64,000 nucleotides of DNA from Abditibacterium sp. (GTDB lineage Bacteria; Armatimonadota; Abditibacteriia; Abditibacteriales; Abditibacteriaceae). The translations under genes and the position numbers were made by a program. Below the pieces are notes generated by a model. The model saw only the letters and a list, made by a program, of their open reading frames with translations, was not told where the DNA came from and searched no databases. Of the stretch, positions 10,841-21,223 are shown one piece after another; the first letter of the stretch is position 1, and each line of letters begins with the position of its first letter. The stretch lies in contig CBDASK010000003.1 in assembly GCA_965199495.1 (NCBI GenBank), positions 1,696,001 through 1,760,000 on the forward strand, in the 5' to 3' direction.

Positions 10841-11175
10841 AAAAATTACAGCACTATTTTAAACGTGCAAAACGTGGGATTAATATTGGCACTCTTTAAT
10901 TGCAGATGCACATTTATTGCGTTAAAATGAGCGCTGTCCGCAGGAAATTCAGCGTATAGAACTACAAATTTAAAACGAAATTATGACGGCAAAATGCAGC
11001 CTTTCATTTGGAACGAGAGAATTTACGCTAATTTTGCAGCGTGTTGACAAGACAAATTAGATTTAGGCAATTTTCTTGATAGAGTATCTATAGGAATCGG
11101 TGAACTTTCGATGAAATCCGGCGCAATAGAAGGGCTTTTCGAGAGGTATCACCAATTATAAAGCGAGGAAACCAA

Positions 11176-12519
11176 ATGCGAATTTGTTTGATTAGCGAGT
11201 ATTTTTATCCCGACAGTGGCGGAGGCACCGGAACGGTGCTTTCCAATTTGACGCGCCACCTGAAGGATGCCCACGGCGATGTCGAAATTGATGTGATCAC
11301 CAGTCGTCATCTTTATCGTGCCACGCCGGGCGCTGAAAATTCGCTTTCCTCGCGGGATAATTGGGACGGTATCGAAATCGAGCGCCTCAACACGCCGCGC
11401 CCGCACGCTTCCAATATCAAAAAACGTTTGTTGGCCAATTTGCGATTTAGCGGAGCCGCTCTGCGCGCCGTTATCGGGCGGCGGCGCTATGACTTAGTGC
11501 TGGTTTCGACCGCGCCACCGACCGCGCCGATGGCGGCCAAAGCGCTGTTGGGCATGACCAAAACGCCCTACGCCTATATCGTTTACGACTTGTTCCCCGA
11601 CGTGGCTGTTGCCCTCGGCGTGCTGGATAAGGAATCGAAACCCGCGAAGATTTTACATAAATCCCAGCGCGGCTGGCTGCACGGCGCCGAAAAAACTATC
11701 GTTTTGGGCCGCTGCATGGCCGATCATCTGGTCAAGGCTTACGAGTTGCCGCGCCAGAAAATCGAGGTTATCGCTGTGGGCGCCGACGCGCAGCAAATCG
11801 AGCCGTTGTCGAACCAAACCAAGTTTCGCGAAAACAACAATTTGAAAGATTTCGTGGTTTTGTGGGCGGGTAATTTCGGCCATCACCAAAACTTCGACGC
11901 GATTTTGGACGCCGCGCTCGAACTGAAAAAGAGCGGGCGCAAAATCACGTTCGCGTTCGTGGGCGATGGCGCCAAACGCGAATATATCGCCAAACGCATT
12001 TGCGAAGAAAATATCAGCAACGCGCGTATGTTTCCTTTTGTGCCGGTCGCGCAGTTTTCCGATATGTTAGCTTCGGCGGACGTTTCCTTGGTGGCGTTGG
12101 AGCCGGGCGCCGAAGGTTTGGGCGTGCCCTCGAAGTTCTATAACATTTTGGCTTCGGGGCGCCCGACGGTGGCTTTGGTGGCGCCCGGTTCGGAAGTCGC
12201 GCACGTTTTGGCCGAGAACGATTGCGGCGTGCGCATTGATCAAGACGGCGCGCAGTTGGCGCACGTCATCGGCGAACTGGCCGACGATCCGCAGCGCGCC
12301 GCGCGCATGGGCATCAACGCGCGCCGCGCGCTCGAAGAGAAATATTCGATGAAGCAAGTCGCGCAGCAGTTCTATGACGTGTTAAAAGAGGTGGCGACCA
12401 AATCGCCGCACGCGCGCCAGTTCGCAGCAGCCACGTCGCCCGTCAAACGCTCCGATTCCAAGTTATCCGATGAAGACGCGGGCTTGACTTTCGATATTTC
12501 CAGTAAATCGCGCGCTTGA
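11176..12519 (+). CDS. Glycosyltransferase family 4 (WcaI/WbuB-like)
   Basis: SEYFYPD, YDLFPD, AGNFG, VPSKFYNILASGRP. Confidence 0.9.
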   Translation: MRICLISEYFYPDSGGGTGTVLSNLTRHLKDAHGDVEIDVITSRHLYRATPGAENSLSSRDNWDGIEIERLNTPRPHASNIKKRLLANLRFSGAALRAVIGRRRYDLVLVSTAPPTAPMAAKALLGMTKTPYAYIVYDLFPDVAVALGVLDKESKPAKILHKSQRGWLHGAEKTIVLGRCMADHLVKAYELPRQKIEVIAVGADAQQIEPLSNQTKFRENNNLKDFVVLWAGNFGHHQNFDAILDAALELKKSGRKITFAFVGDGAKREYIAKRICEENISNARMFPFVPVAQFSDMLASADVSLVALEPGAEGLGVPSKFYNILASGRPTVALVAPGSEVAHVLAENDCGVRIDQDGAQLAHVIGELADDPQRAARMGINARRALEEKYSMKQVAQQFYDVLKEVATKSPHARQFAAATSPVKRSDSKLSDEDAGLTFDISSKSRA

Positions 12520-12661
12520 TTCTTTCCCTCCACAAGTAACGCGATGGGCAACAGGAAACCTTTGCCCGTTTCGGCCTTCAATTCTTGATGGACGCGGCTC
12601 ACAACTCGCCCGTTTTGATTTAAGCTCTTACTCTGTTTTTCGGCTGGTGCCGCTCACGTTC

Positions 12662-13669
12662 ATGGAAGCCCTCAAAAGTTCGCCCCTCGCCGCGTTTGTC
12701 GCCGCGCTTGTGGTCACCTTAATCGCGACGCCCTGGGTCAAGCGTTTGGGCTGGCGCTTCGGCGCCGTGGCTGTGCCCGACGCGCGCCGCAAACATCCCG
12801 AACCCATCGCGATGTGGGGCGGCTTGGCCGTGTTTTTGGGCGTTGTCGTGGCGGCATTCATCTGGCGCCCGGCCTCAACCGACGATTTGCGATTGCTGGC
12901 GCCGTCGAGCAATCCCGCCGATATTAGCGCGACCGTTCAAACCGTGCGCTTGACCAGCACGTTTTTACTGACCGGCTTTCTGATGGTCGTGCTGGGCATG
13001 ATTGACGACCGCTGGGAACTCTCGCCACTGCGCAAAATGGGCGGGCAAGTTTTGATCGTGGCTTTGCTATGGTATCTGGGCGTGCGCATTCGTTCGATTC
13101 CCTTCACCGGCGGCGAGCAGCAGTTCGCCGATTGGGCCTCGTTTTTGGTGACGCTGGTGTGGATTATCGGCTTGGTCAACGCGGTCAATTTCATTGATGG
13201 CGTAGACGGTTTGGCGGCGGGCGTGTGCGCGATTGCGGCGGGCAGTTTGTGCCTGATGTTGCTTTCGACCGCGAGTTGGGCCGCCGCCGCCAGCGCCGCA
13301 CTTTGCGGGGCTTGCATCGGTTTTCTGCGCTACAATTTTCATCCGGCCAAGATATTTTTGGGCGATACCGGCTCGATGCTATTGGGTTTTTGGCTGGCCA
13401 CAATCGCCATCGCTTCCAACGCCAAAGCCGCCGCCGCCACGACTTTAATTTTGCCGCTCATCGTGATGGGCGTGCCAGTCTTCGATACGCTGTGGGCGAT
13501 TGTGCGGCGTTCTCTGGCGCGTCAAGCGCCGTGGAAAGCGGATCGTGGTCACATTCATCATCGCTTGTTGGCGCGTGGTTTTACGCCAGTTAAAACAGTG
13601 CTGGTCTTGTATTCGATTTCGTTTGTCCTGGGCGCGAGCGCGGTGCTTTATACATGGTTGAAATCGTGA
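12662..13669 (+). CDS. Undecaprenyl-phosphate sugar-1-phosphate transferase (WecA/TagO family)
   Basis: GMIDD, NFIDGVDGLA, FLGDTGS, DRGHIHHRL; multiple TM helices. Confidence 0.92.
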   Translation: MEALKSSPLAAFVAALVVTLIATPWVKRLGWRFGAVAVPDARRKHPEPIAMWGGLAVFLGVVVAAFIWRPASTDDLRLLAPSSNPADISATVQTVRLTSTFLLTGFLMVVLGMIDDRWELSPLRKMGGQVLIVALLWYLGVRIRSIPFTGGEQQFADWASFLVTLVWIIGLVNAVNFIDGVDGLAAGVCAIAAGSLCLMLLSTASWAAAASAALCGACIGFLRYNFHPAKIFLGDTGSMLLGFWLATIAIASNAKAAAATTLILPLIVMGVPVFDTLWAIVRRSLARQAPWKADRGHIHHRLLARGFTPVKTVLVLYSISFVLGASAVLYTWLKS

Positions 13670-13695
13670 GCAGTCATCTTTGAAATTTGAATTTT

Positions 13696-14946
13696 ATGAA
13701 CAACAAGAAAATTCCTAAAGCCGTAGTGGCTTATTCTGGCGCGCGCGATCATTATCAATTGCCCCTCGCGCTGAGCGAGGCGAATTTGCTCGAAGCGTTC
13801 GTGACCGAAATGTATTGGCCCGCCGACAGGAAAATTTTTACGCGCGGCATCGGCAAAATAATGCCCGATTCGTTTGTGAAAGCGCGCTTTCATCCCGATT
13901 TGCCCAGCCGCCGCGTGCGCGTGCCCGCCCGCGCGTTCGTTGCCGAAGCGCTAAGACAAGTTTTGCCTCAGTTGCCGTTACACGCGCCCAAAGATGTCGC
14001 TTTAAGCGAGCGGTCGCGCCAGATCGCGATTCGCACGGGCGCCGCGATTTTCACTTATAGTTACTACGGTTTCGAGGCTTTTCGCGAAGGCGCCGACCGC
14101 CCGCCGTTTCGTTTTTTGTTTCAAGTTCATCCGCACCCGCAATCCATTCGCGATATTTTGCGGCAGGAGTTGGAACTCACGCCGCAAGGGAGTTTTTCGT
14201 TGCGCGCGGAACATGAATTGTCATGGCCGCAAGAACAATTCGATCGCTTGAGCCAAGAACCCAATTTAGCCAATGGTTGGGTCGTCGCCAGTAATTATAC
14301 CGCTCAAACATTATCCGAAAATGGCATTCCTCGCGATAAAATACACGTTGTCCCTTATGGAGTAGACACCAGCGCCTTTGCAAAACGAGATAAACATCCC
14401 GATTCAAAAGAACCATTTCGCGTTATTTTTATCGGTAGCTTGGTTCAACGCAAAGGACTCTCTTATTTATTAGATGCCGTTCGCCAATTAAAATCGCGCG
14501 ACATCGAAGTATTTTTATGTGGTCGCGATTCCGTTGATCACGATTTAATCAATTATTATCAAGACCTAAACGTCGAAGTTAAAATTGGTTTACCGCGTTC
14601 TGAATTAATTCAATTGCTCCAGAGTTGCGATGTCTTTGTGTTGCCTTCGTTAGTGGAAGGTTTCGCCCACGTTATCGTCGAAGCGATGGCGTGCGGATTA
14701 CCGATTATCACCACCGATCATACCTGTGGCCCCGACGTGATGACCGAGGGCGAACATGGGTTTATCGTGCCGATTCGCGACGCGACGGCGATTGCGCAAA
14801 AGTTGGAATGGGGCATGGACAATCGCGAAGAGTTGGCCGCTATGGGCGACAACGCGGCGGCACAGGCACAATTGTTTACGTGGGAAAGATTTCGCGCCGG
14901 TGCGCGCGCGGCCTATTTCGCGATGCTGAACGATGTCGAGCATTAG
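13696..14946 (+). CDS. Glycosyltransferase family 4
   Basis: GARDHYQ, QRKG, PSLVEGFAHVIVEAMACG. Confidence 0.9.
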   Translation: MNNKKIPKAVVAYSGARDHYQLPLALSEANLLEAFVTEMYWPADRKIFTRGIGKIMPDSFVKARFHPDLPSRRVRVPARAFVAEALRQVLPQLPLHAPKDVALSERSRQIAIRTGAAIFTYSYYGFEAFREGADRPPFRFLFQVHPHPQSIRDILRQELELTPQGSFSLRAEHELSWPQEQFDRLSQEPNLANGWVVASNYTAQTLSENGIPRDKIHVVPYGVDTSAFAKRDKHPDSKEPFRVIFIGSLVQRKGLSYLLDAVRQLKSRDIEVFLCGRDSVDHDLINYYQDLNVEVKIGLPRSELIQLLQSCDVFVLPSLVEGFAHVIVEAMACGLPIITTDHTCGPDVMTEGEHGFIVPIRDATAIAQKLEWGMDNREELAAMGDNAAAQAQLFTWERFRAGARAAYFAMLNDVEH

Positions 14947-14981
14947 CGCATGATTGGGAAGATGGCGAGTCCCAGCGCGAC

Positions 14982-15956
14982 TTAGCCACGGGTTGAACTG
15001 GCGGACGAAACCTTCAATGCGGTCTCTTCCAAATTGTTCTGCTTGATAATTTTCGCCAGTCGGCTTTCGATTTCGGCCAGTGGCATATACCCGCGCGCTT
15101 TGAGTTCGCGGCTCAACTTGTAGCATTCGAGCGAAACGGGTTCGCGGCGATTCCACTCGTGTAACACGGCCAGCCAACCTTTGAGCAGACCGTGCGCGCC
15201 GTGGTTGGTATGGCCCAAACTGGCGACATGAAGCGCCGAGCGCGTGCCGCTCCCCAAAATCTGCGGAATGAAATCGGGCATCGGCACGTTATACCACGCA
15301 TAAAGCGTGTGGTTGCGCGGCCCCAGTTGGTTGAGCCGCTTGGAAGCGCGAATCGGCGATTCGTGATGATCAATCGGCGGCGCGGTGCCCCACTTCACGA
15401 TATATCCGGCGTTGAGCAGACGCAACGCATAATCGCCTTCTTCGATGTGCATGAAATAATAGGGACGATAACCGCCCAATTCCAAAAATAAATCGCGGCG
15501 AAACGCGATCATGCCGCCGAAATACTCCAAACCGATATAAATCTGCTGCTTGTCGGGCGCAACCGTTTTCACCAGATTGGGGTCTTTGTTGACATTGATA
15601 AACGGAATCGTGACGGCGCCTACGCGCTCCTCGTCGAACTCGGCGATGGTATGCGCGAAAGTATCGGCGTGAGGGAAAGTGCAATCGTCGTCAATGGTGA
15701 ACAGAAACTCGCCTTTGGCCATGCGCGCGCCCTGATTGCGCCGGTAAGATGGCCCGCGCGAACGCCGGAAACTCTCGACACGCACCTGCGGAAATTTCCT
15801 GCGCACGACATCCGAAGTGCCGTCGGTCGAGCCGTCATCTAACACGATAATCTCGAGCGGCTCGTCTTGCTGGAGAATCGAGGCGATGGTTTCGCAGAGA
15901 ATATCGCGACGATTCTTCGTCGGAATTATAACTGACGCGCGCAAAGGTTTTGACAT
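14982..15956 (-). CDS. Glycosyltransferase family 2
   Basis: SVIIPTKNR, DDGSTD, IDDD. Confidence 0.92.
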   Translation of the reverse strand: MSKPLRASVIIPTKNRRDILCETIASILQQDEPLEIIVLDDGSTDGTSDVVRRKFPQVRVESFRRSRGPSYRRNQGARMAKGEFLFTIDDDCTFPHADTFAHTIAEFDEERVGAVTIPFINVNKDPNLVKTVAPDKQQIYIGLEYFGGMIAFRRDLFLELGGYRPYYFMHIEEGDYALRLLNAGYIVKWGTAPPIDHHESPIRASKRLNQLGPRNHTLYAWYNVPMPDFIPQILGSGTRSALHVASLGHTNHGAHGLLKGWLAVLHEWNRREPVSLECYKLSRELKARGYMPLAEIESRLAKIIKQNNLEETALKVSSASSTRG

Positions 15957-16031
15957 AAGATGAGAATATTTCGTGGACGCTCGAACCGTTCGAGCGCCAA
16001 ATAGAGACGGGATTTGAATAAGGTTACAGCA

Positions 16032-16844
16032 TTATTTTTTCCAAAACATCCAGCCGGGCGTTTTAGCCGCCTCCACCATCGGCGCCCTGACGCGCTCGCC
16101 GTTCAATAAACGGCGCGGATTATCCACGAATATCTGGCGCGCGGCCTCTTCGCCGACGATAGATTTGACTTTCTCAACGCACTCCAGCGGCAGACTATTT
16201 TTGGTCGAGTGCGCGTCCGAAGCCACGAGGGAAACCTGTCCATCGCGCAGCAGACGAAAACAACAATCGCGCATCGGTTTTGTCATGCCACCCAAAATCG
16301 CGTCGGCGGTGATTTGAATCACACCGCCCGCGCTGATGGTCTGCTCCATAATTTTCGGGTCTTTCTGCACATCCATATAACGCTCCGGGTGCGCGATAAC
16401 CGGCGTAATGCCCTGCCCGCTCATGTTTTGCACGACCTGCCAGCCAAACGGTGGCCAGTTGGGAAACGGCGATTCGATCAAAGCGAACTTGCCTTTGTGC
16501 CCATAAGTCAATTCTAATTCGCCGGGCAAACGCTCCTGCACATCCACCGAACCCAACAAAATTTCAGCGCCCGGCAAAACTTGAAGCGCGATGCCGCGTT
16601 CGTTGATGGCGTTTTGCAAACTCAGCACGCCCTGCGCGATGACATCGGCGGGACGTTTTTGTTTGCGGCGCCGAAAATCGCGCCCGACGTGCGGCGTGGC
16701 GAACACGATTTTCATGCCCGCATCGGCGAATTTCTGCGCCATCGCCAGCGATTCGTCGAGCGTGTCCGGCCCATCGTCCCATTCGGGCAGAATGTGGCAG
16801 TGCAAATCAATTTCGGGCACCCAATCGGGAGTAACATTTTCCAT
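16032..16844 (-). CDS. PHP-family tyrosine-protein phosphatase (CpsB/CapC/YwqE)
   Basis: IDLHCHILP..DDG, ATPH, IAHPERY, ASDAH. Confidence 0.92.
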   Translation of the reverse strand: MENVTPDWVPEIDLHCHILPEWDDGPDTLDESLAMAQKFADAGMKIVFATPHVGRDFRRRKQKRPADVIAQGVLSLQNAINERGIALQVLPGAEILLGSVDVQERLPGELELTYGHKGKFALIESPFPNWPPFGWQVVQNMSGQGITPVIAHPERYMDVQKDPKIMEQTISAGGVIQITADAILGGMTKPMRDCCFRLLRDGQVSLVASDAHSTKNSLPLECVEKVKSIVGEEAARQIFVDNPRRLLNGERVRAPMVEAAKTPGWMFWKK

Positions 16845-16850
16845 CTGTAG

Positions 16851-17333
16851 TTAAACCTTCTCACCAATTCCGCCAATTTGAACCAACAAATCGGCCATTT
16901 CCAATGCGGCGTCCATCGCCTCGCTCCCTTTGTTGCCGACTTTGGCGCCCGCTCGGTCAAACGCTTGTTCGAGCGTGTCAACGGTGAGAACGCCGAAAAT
17001 CGTCGGCACGCCGGTTTGCAGCGCGACATGAGAAATGCCTGACGCCGCCTGTCCGCACACGTAATCGTAATGCGAAGTCGCGCCACGAATCACGCAACCG
17101 ATGCAGATAATCGCGGCGAATCGCTCGGTTTGCGCCATCTTCAGAGCAGCCACCGGCAGTTCGTAGGCGCCGGGCACGCGCGCGATTTCGACGTGTTTCT
17201 CGTCGCCGCCGTGCCGCGCGAACGACCACAGCGCGCCTTCGAGCAAGCGATTGGTAATCAGTTCATTAAAGCGCCCGACAACAATGCCAATTTTGCGTTC
17301 GGGCACGACGAGGCGGCCTTCGTGAGTAATCAT
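16851..17333 (-). CDS. ribH: 6,7-dimethyl-8-ribityllumazine synthase
   Basis: RFNELI, VPGAYELP, IRGATSHYDYV, GNKG. Confidence 0.97.
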   Translation of the reverse strand: MITHEGRLVVPERKIGIVVGRFNELITNRLLEGALWSFARHGGDEKHVEIARVPGAYELPVAALKMAQTERFAAIICIGCVIRGATSHYDYVCGQAASGISHVALQTGVPTIFGVLTVDTLEQAFDRAGAKVGNKGSEAMDAALEMADLLVQIGGIGEKV

Positions 17334-17459
17334 GTGAGAAAAGGATAAAGGATGAGGGCGAAAGGATAAAGGTTTGCGGCGTTATGAAGTGGGGTTGTTT
17401 GTTGTCTTGCGCCAGTTTGAGTTAAGCGATAAGATTGGTTTATGTTCGATAGATTCAGT

Positions 17460-17948
17460 ATGAATAAACGGAAATTAGGCAAATCCGAAAAGTTTCTCGC
17501 AGTGACACTCTCACTATGTATGATTCCATTACTCATAGCATCTCAAACTCCGCATATCGACCCAGATATAGCTACTCCTGAGGTGACTTGTCAGAACATC
17601 GTCCGAGCTTTGGCAATTGGAAATGACAAGGGATTAGAGAAACTAACAACACCTCAAGGATTCGCTGCTCTCCAAAAAGCGCGCTCAGATGAAAGGTTCG
17701 GATCGCAACCTAAAGTCGCTCAGAGAATTTTCAATGAGTGGGGCACTTCGATTTATTGGTATGGCGTAACTCCAGACAGAGAAGGGAAATTTAGCATGGC
17801 GGGAGTCGCAAAATACGGGAAAACAGATGGTGCTATTTCTTTCCAACAAACCCGAAATGGATGGAAATTAGATGGATATGAACCTCGTTCCGGTAAAAAT
17901 ATCAGAGGCACACGTAGTAGCGTTGGAAGCATGTGGAATTTGAAGTAG
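17460..17948 (+). CDS. AT-rich hypothetical exported protein inserted antisense within the rib operon
   Basis: Open frame of about 162 aa with N-terminal hydrophobic segment; much lower GC than neighbours. Confidence 0.6.
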   Translation: MNKRKLGKSEKFLAVTLSLCMIPLLIASQTPHIDPDIATPEVTCQNIVRALAIGNDKGLEKLTTPQGFAALQKARSDERFGSQPKVAQRIFNEWGTSIYWYGVTPDREGKFSMAGVAKYGKTDGAISFQQTRNGWKLDGYEPRSGKNIRGTRSSVGSMWNLK

Positions 17949-17995
17949 GAGATTACGCAATTGAGCTAATGCAATGATTATCCATTTTGCTTCAA

Positions 17996-19240
17996 TCATT
18001 CGATTTCCGGTTTCAATTCCAAGCCGTCGAACAAGCCGACGTGGCCCATCTTCTGTTGTTTAGTGCGCAAATAAAACTCGTTTTCGGCGTGAACCGTCGG
18101 GCGCAAAGCGATGCGTTCGACGATCTGCAAACCGTAACCTTCCAAACCGACGCGTTTGCCGGGATTGTTGGTGAGCAAACGCATTTTGCGCACGCCCAAA
18201 TCATATAAAACCTGCGCACCGGTGCCGTATTCGCGACTGTCGGATGCAAAGCCGAGGGCGTGATTGGCCTGTTCGGTATCGGCACCTTTGTCCTGCAAGG
18301 CATAGGCGCGCAGTTTGTTGATGATGCCGATGCCGCGCCCTTCGTGATGGCCGATATAAAGCAAAATGCCGCTTCCGGCGTCGTTAATCGCGTTCATCGC
18401 CGAATGCAATTGTTCGCCGCAATCGCAGCGCAAACTGAGCAAAGCGTCGCCGGTCAAGCAACCCGAATGCACGCGCACCAAAGTCGGTTCTTCGGGCCGA
18501 ATTTCGCCTTTGACGAGCGCGATGTAGGGCGTTTGATCGATGACCGATTCGTAGGCGACGGCTTTGAATTCACCGAAGGCCGTCGGCAAGCGCGCCTCGG
18601 TGACACGTTGCACGAGTTTTTCGTGTTGGCGGCGATAGCGAATCAGTTCTTCGACCGAAATCATTTTCAAGTCGTGCTTTTTGGCGAGTTCAGTCAATTC
18701 GGGCAAATTGGACGCTTCGCCTTCGTCATTGAGAATTTCGCAAATGACCGCCGCCGGATAAAGCCCGGCCAAGTGGCACAAATCCACGCCTGCTTCGGTG
18801 TGTCCGGCGCGCGCCAACACGCCGCCATCGCTGGCGCGGAGGGGAAAAATATGGCCGGGCTGCGTGAAATCGTTCAGCGAGGCGCTGGGATGGATCAACG
18901 TTTGGACGGTGCGCGCGCGGTCGGACGCCGAAATGCCGGTCGTCGTGCCGTTACGCGCATCCACGCTAATGGTGAACGCGGTGCCGTGACGGTCGGTGTT
19001 GCGCGGCGTCATCGAATCGAGTTTGAGTTCATCAATGCGTTTGCCTTCCATCGGCACGCAGATCAGGCCGCGCGCTTCGCGGGCCATCAAGTTAATCGCG
19101 GCACGGTCGGCGAACTCGGCGGCGACGATTAAATCGCCTTCGTTCTCGCGCGATTCGTCGTCGGTCACAATCAAAAATTTGCCCGCGCGAAAATCGGCAA
19201 CGGCCTCTTCGATGGGCGAAAATGGGGTTTCGGAATTCAT
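17996..19240 (-). CDS. ribBA: Bifunctional DHBP synthase / GTP cyclohydrolase II
   Basis: RENEGD, RAGHTE, RVHSGCLTGD...CDCG, EGRGIG, LLTNNP. Confidence 0.97.
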   Translation of the reverse strand: MNSETPFSPIEEAVADFRAGKFLIVTDDESRENEGDLIVAAEFADRAAINLMAREARGLICVPMEGKRIDELKLDSMTPRNTDRHGTAFTISVDARNGTTTGISASDRARTVQTLIHPSASLNDFTQPGHIFPLRASDGGVLARAGHTEAGVDLCHLAGLYPAAVICEILNDEGEASNLPELTELAKKHDLKMISVEELIRYRRQHEKLVQRVTEARLPTAFGEFKAVAYESVIDQTPYIALVKGEIRPEEPTLVRVHSGCLTGDALLSLRCDCGEQLHSAMNAINDAGSGILLYIGHHEGRGIGIINKLRAYALQDKGADTEQANHALGFASDSREYGTGAQVLYDLGVRKMRLLTNNPGKRVGLEGYGLQIVERIALRPTVHAENEFYLRTKQQKMGHVGLFDGLELKPEIE

Positions 19241-19256
19241 TGGTAAGCGTCCTATC

Positions 19257-19877
19257 TTATTCTTCGTCGCGCGATCCGCCGTGCGTGTAATTCGTCAATC
19301 GCTCGACATATTTCGCGATAATATCAACTTCGACGTTGACGCGACTTCCCGGCGTCCATGCGCTCGACGCGGTTTTTTCCTGCGAGTGCGGAATGAGGGC
19401 AATCGAGAATTTATTGTAGGCGACGTTGGCGACTGTCAGCGAGACGCCATCCAAACAAATCGAGCCTTTTTCGACGATGTAGCGCATCAACTGAAACGGT
19501 GGCTGAAAGGTAATCCACAAACTCTCGCCTTCGGGCCGCGCGCCAACGACATCAGCCACGCCGTCCACATGGCCTTGCACGATGTGTCCGCCCAAACGCG
19601 CATCGGCGCGTAGTGCCCGTTCGAGATTAACGCGGTCGCCGATTGCGCGCTTGCCCAGAGTTGTGCGCCGCAGCGTTTCTTCGACGGCGGTGACGGCGAA
19701 AGTTTGCGCATCAAAATCGGTGGCGGTCAGACAGACGCCCGAAACCGCAATGGAATCGCCGATGTGAGCGTCGGCGAGAAATTCGGCATCGTCCAACTTA
19801 ACGGTAAATTTGCGTGCGCCCTCGGTTTGCGCGATGTCAGAGATCGTGCCGGTGGCTTCGATAAGTCCGGTGAACAT
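19257..19877 (-). CDS. ribE: Riboflavin synthase (alpha chain)
   Basis: Starts MFTGLIE; GVCLT, GGHIVQGHVD, KGSICLDGVSLTV. Confidence 0.96.
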   Translation of the reverse strand: MFTGLIEATGTISDIAQTEGARKFTVKLDDAEFLADAHIGDSIAVSGVCLTATDFDAQTFAVTAVEETLRRTTLGKRAIGDRVNLERALRADARLGGHIVQGHVDGVADVVGARPEGESLWITFQPPFQLMRYIVEKGSICLDGVSLTVANVAYNKFSIALIPHSQEKTASSAWTPGSRVNVEVDIIAKYVERLTNYTHGGSRDEE

Positions 19878-19948
19878 ATTTGAGTTTGGTGAATACGCTA
19901 ACGACGGACGGGCGCCCAAGGCTCCGATTGAGGCGGATGAGAGTTGTG

Positions 19949-20112
19949 GGTTTTGACCCCCTCCCTAACCCTCCCCCGTTCCGGGAGAGGGGACACCTGT
20001 TCGGCAATATTGCTCGCAAGAACTGACTTAAAAGAAAGTTGCAGCAGGTTTTATTCGCAAGCGAGTGTCCCCTCTCCCGGAACGGGGGAGGGCTAGGGAG
20101 GGGGCCAAAACC
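19949..20112. repeat. Palindromic element (CCCTCTCCC...GGGAGAGGG type), 48-bp arms
   Basis: 19949-19996 is the reverse complement of 20065-20112 with 2 mismatches; lies between ribD and ribE. Confidence 0.85.
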
Positions 20113-20128
20113 TACACTCTCCTCAAAT

Positions 20129-21223
20129 TCACGGCTCGCGCAAATAACCTTCGATGAGGGTATCAACACCGAACCGCGAAACACAGACACGCTCCAAGCG
20201 TGACACATTGTTCATCGCATCGAACTTGATGCCCGACAATAATCGTTGACCGTCGCCCATCAAAATCGGCGCGATAAATAATGCGACTTTATCAATCACG
20301 CCTGCCTCGAACGCGCTGGCAGCCACGCGCGCGCCGCCTTCGATTAAAACCGAATAAATTCCGTCGCGCCACAGTTGTTGCATCAGCGCGTCCCAATTGT
20401 CGGCGAGCGGCCATACTTTCGCGCCACGCGCTTCCAATGGTTTCAGGTTTTCGGCGGGCGCATCGGCGCGGCAAACGATGATGACAGCGGGCGCCTCGTC
20501 CCAAAGTTTCGCGTTCAAAGGCGTGCGCGCGCCGCCGTCCAAAACGATGCGAGTTGGCTGTTTCGCTTCGCCATCCAAGCGCACCGATAATTTTGGATCG
20601 TCGGATAAAACCGTTCCGATGCCGACTAATATCGCGTCGTGAAAATGCCGCAATTGGTGCGCGCGGGCGCGCGCCAGCGAACCGGTAATCCATTTCGATG
20701 CGCCGTTATCTAATGCGATATTTCCATCCAACGAAAGCGCGCTTTTGAGCGTGACGAATGGACGTTTGCCGACGACGGAATACAAAAATTCGTCCAACGA
20801 CGCGAAACATTCATCGGTCAAGACGCCGACTTCGATTTCCAAACCGGCTTCGCTCATGCGCTTGAGGCCGCGGCCAGCCACGCGCGGATCGGGGTCAACG
20901 ACGCCCACGACAACGCGCGTAATTCCTTCGCGAATCAGCAAATCGCAGCACGGCGGCGTTGTGCCCCAATGCGCGCACGGTTCGAGCGTGGTATAGGCCG
21001 TCGCGCCGCGCGTGCCACGCACATTGTCGCGCCGCCAACTTTCGCGAATCGCCATAACTTCGGCGTGCGGATGGCCGTCGCCGGGTTGCGTATGGCCCGC
21101 GCCGATGATTTCGTCATCGCGCACCAAAACGCAGCCGACGCTGGGGCGCGGACTCGTCCAACCTTTGCCCTGCAACGCCACTTCGATGGCGGCGCGCATC
21201 CATTTTTCGTCGTTTAAATTCAT
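20129..21223 (-). CDS. ribD: Riboflavin deaminase/reductase
   Basis: HAE, TLEPCAHWGTTPPC, SLDG, DDPKL, LIEGG. Confidence 0.96.
   Translation of the reverse strand: MNLNDEKWMRAAIEVALQGKGWTSPRPSVGCVLVRDDEIIGAGHTQPGDGHPHAEVMAIRESWRRDNVRGTRGATAYTTLEPCAHWGTTPPCCDLLIREGITRVVVGVVDPDPRVAGRGLKRMSEAGLEIEVGVLTDECFASLDEFLYSVVGKRPFVTLKSALSLDGNIALDNGASKWITGSLARARAHQLRHFHDAILVGIGTVLSDDPKLSVRLDGEAKQPTRIVLDGGARTPLNAKLWDEAPAVIIVCRADAPAENLKPLEARGAKVWPLADNWDALMQQLWRDGIYSVLIEGGARVAASAFEAGVIDKVALFIAPILMGDGQRLLSGIKFDAMNNVSRLERVCVSRFGVDTLIEGYLREP

Noticed and set aside
11044..11072. Sigma70 promoter at TTGACA
   Set aside because: No convincing -10 hexamer at 16-18 bp spacing
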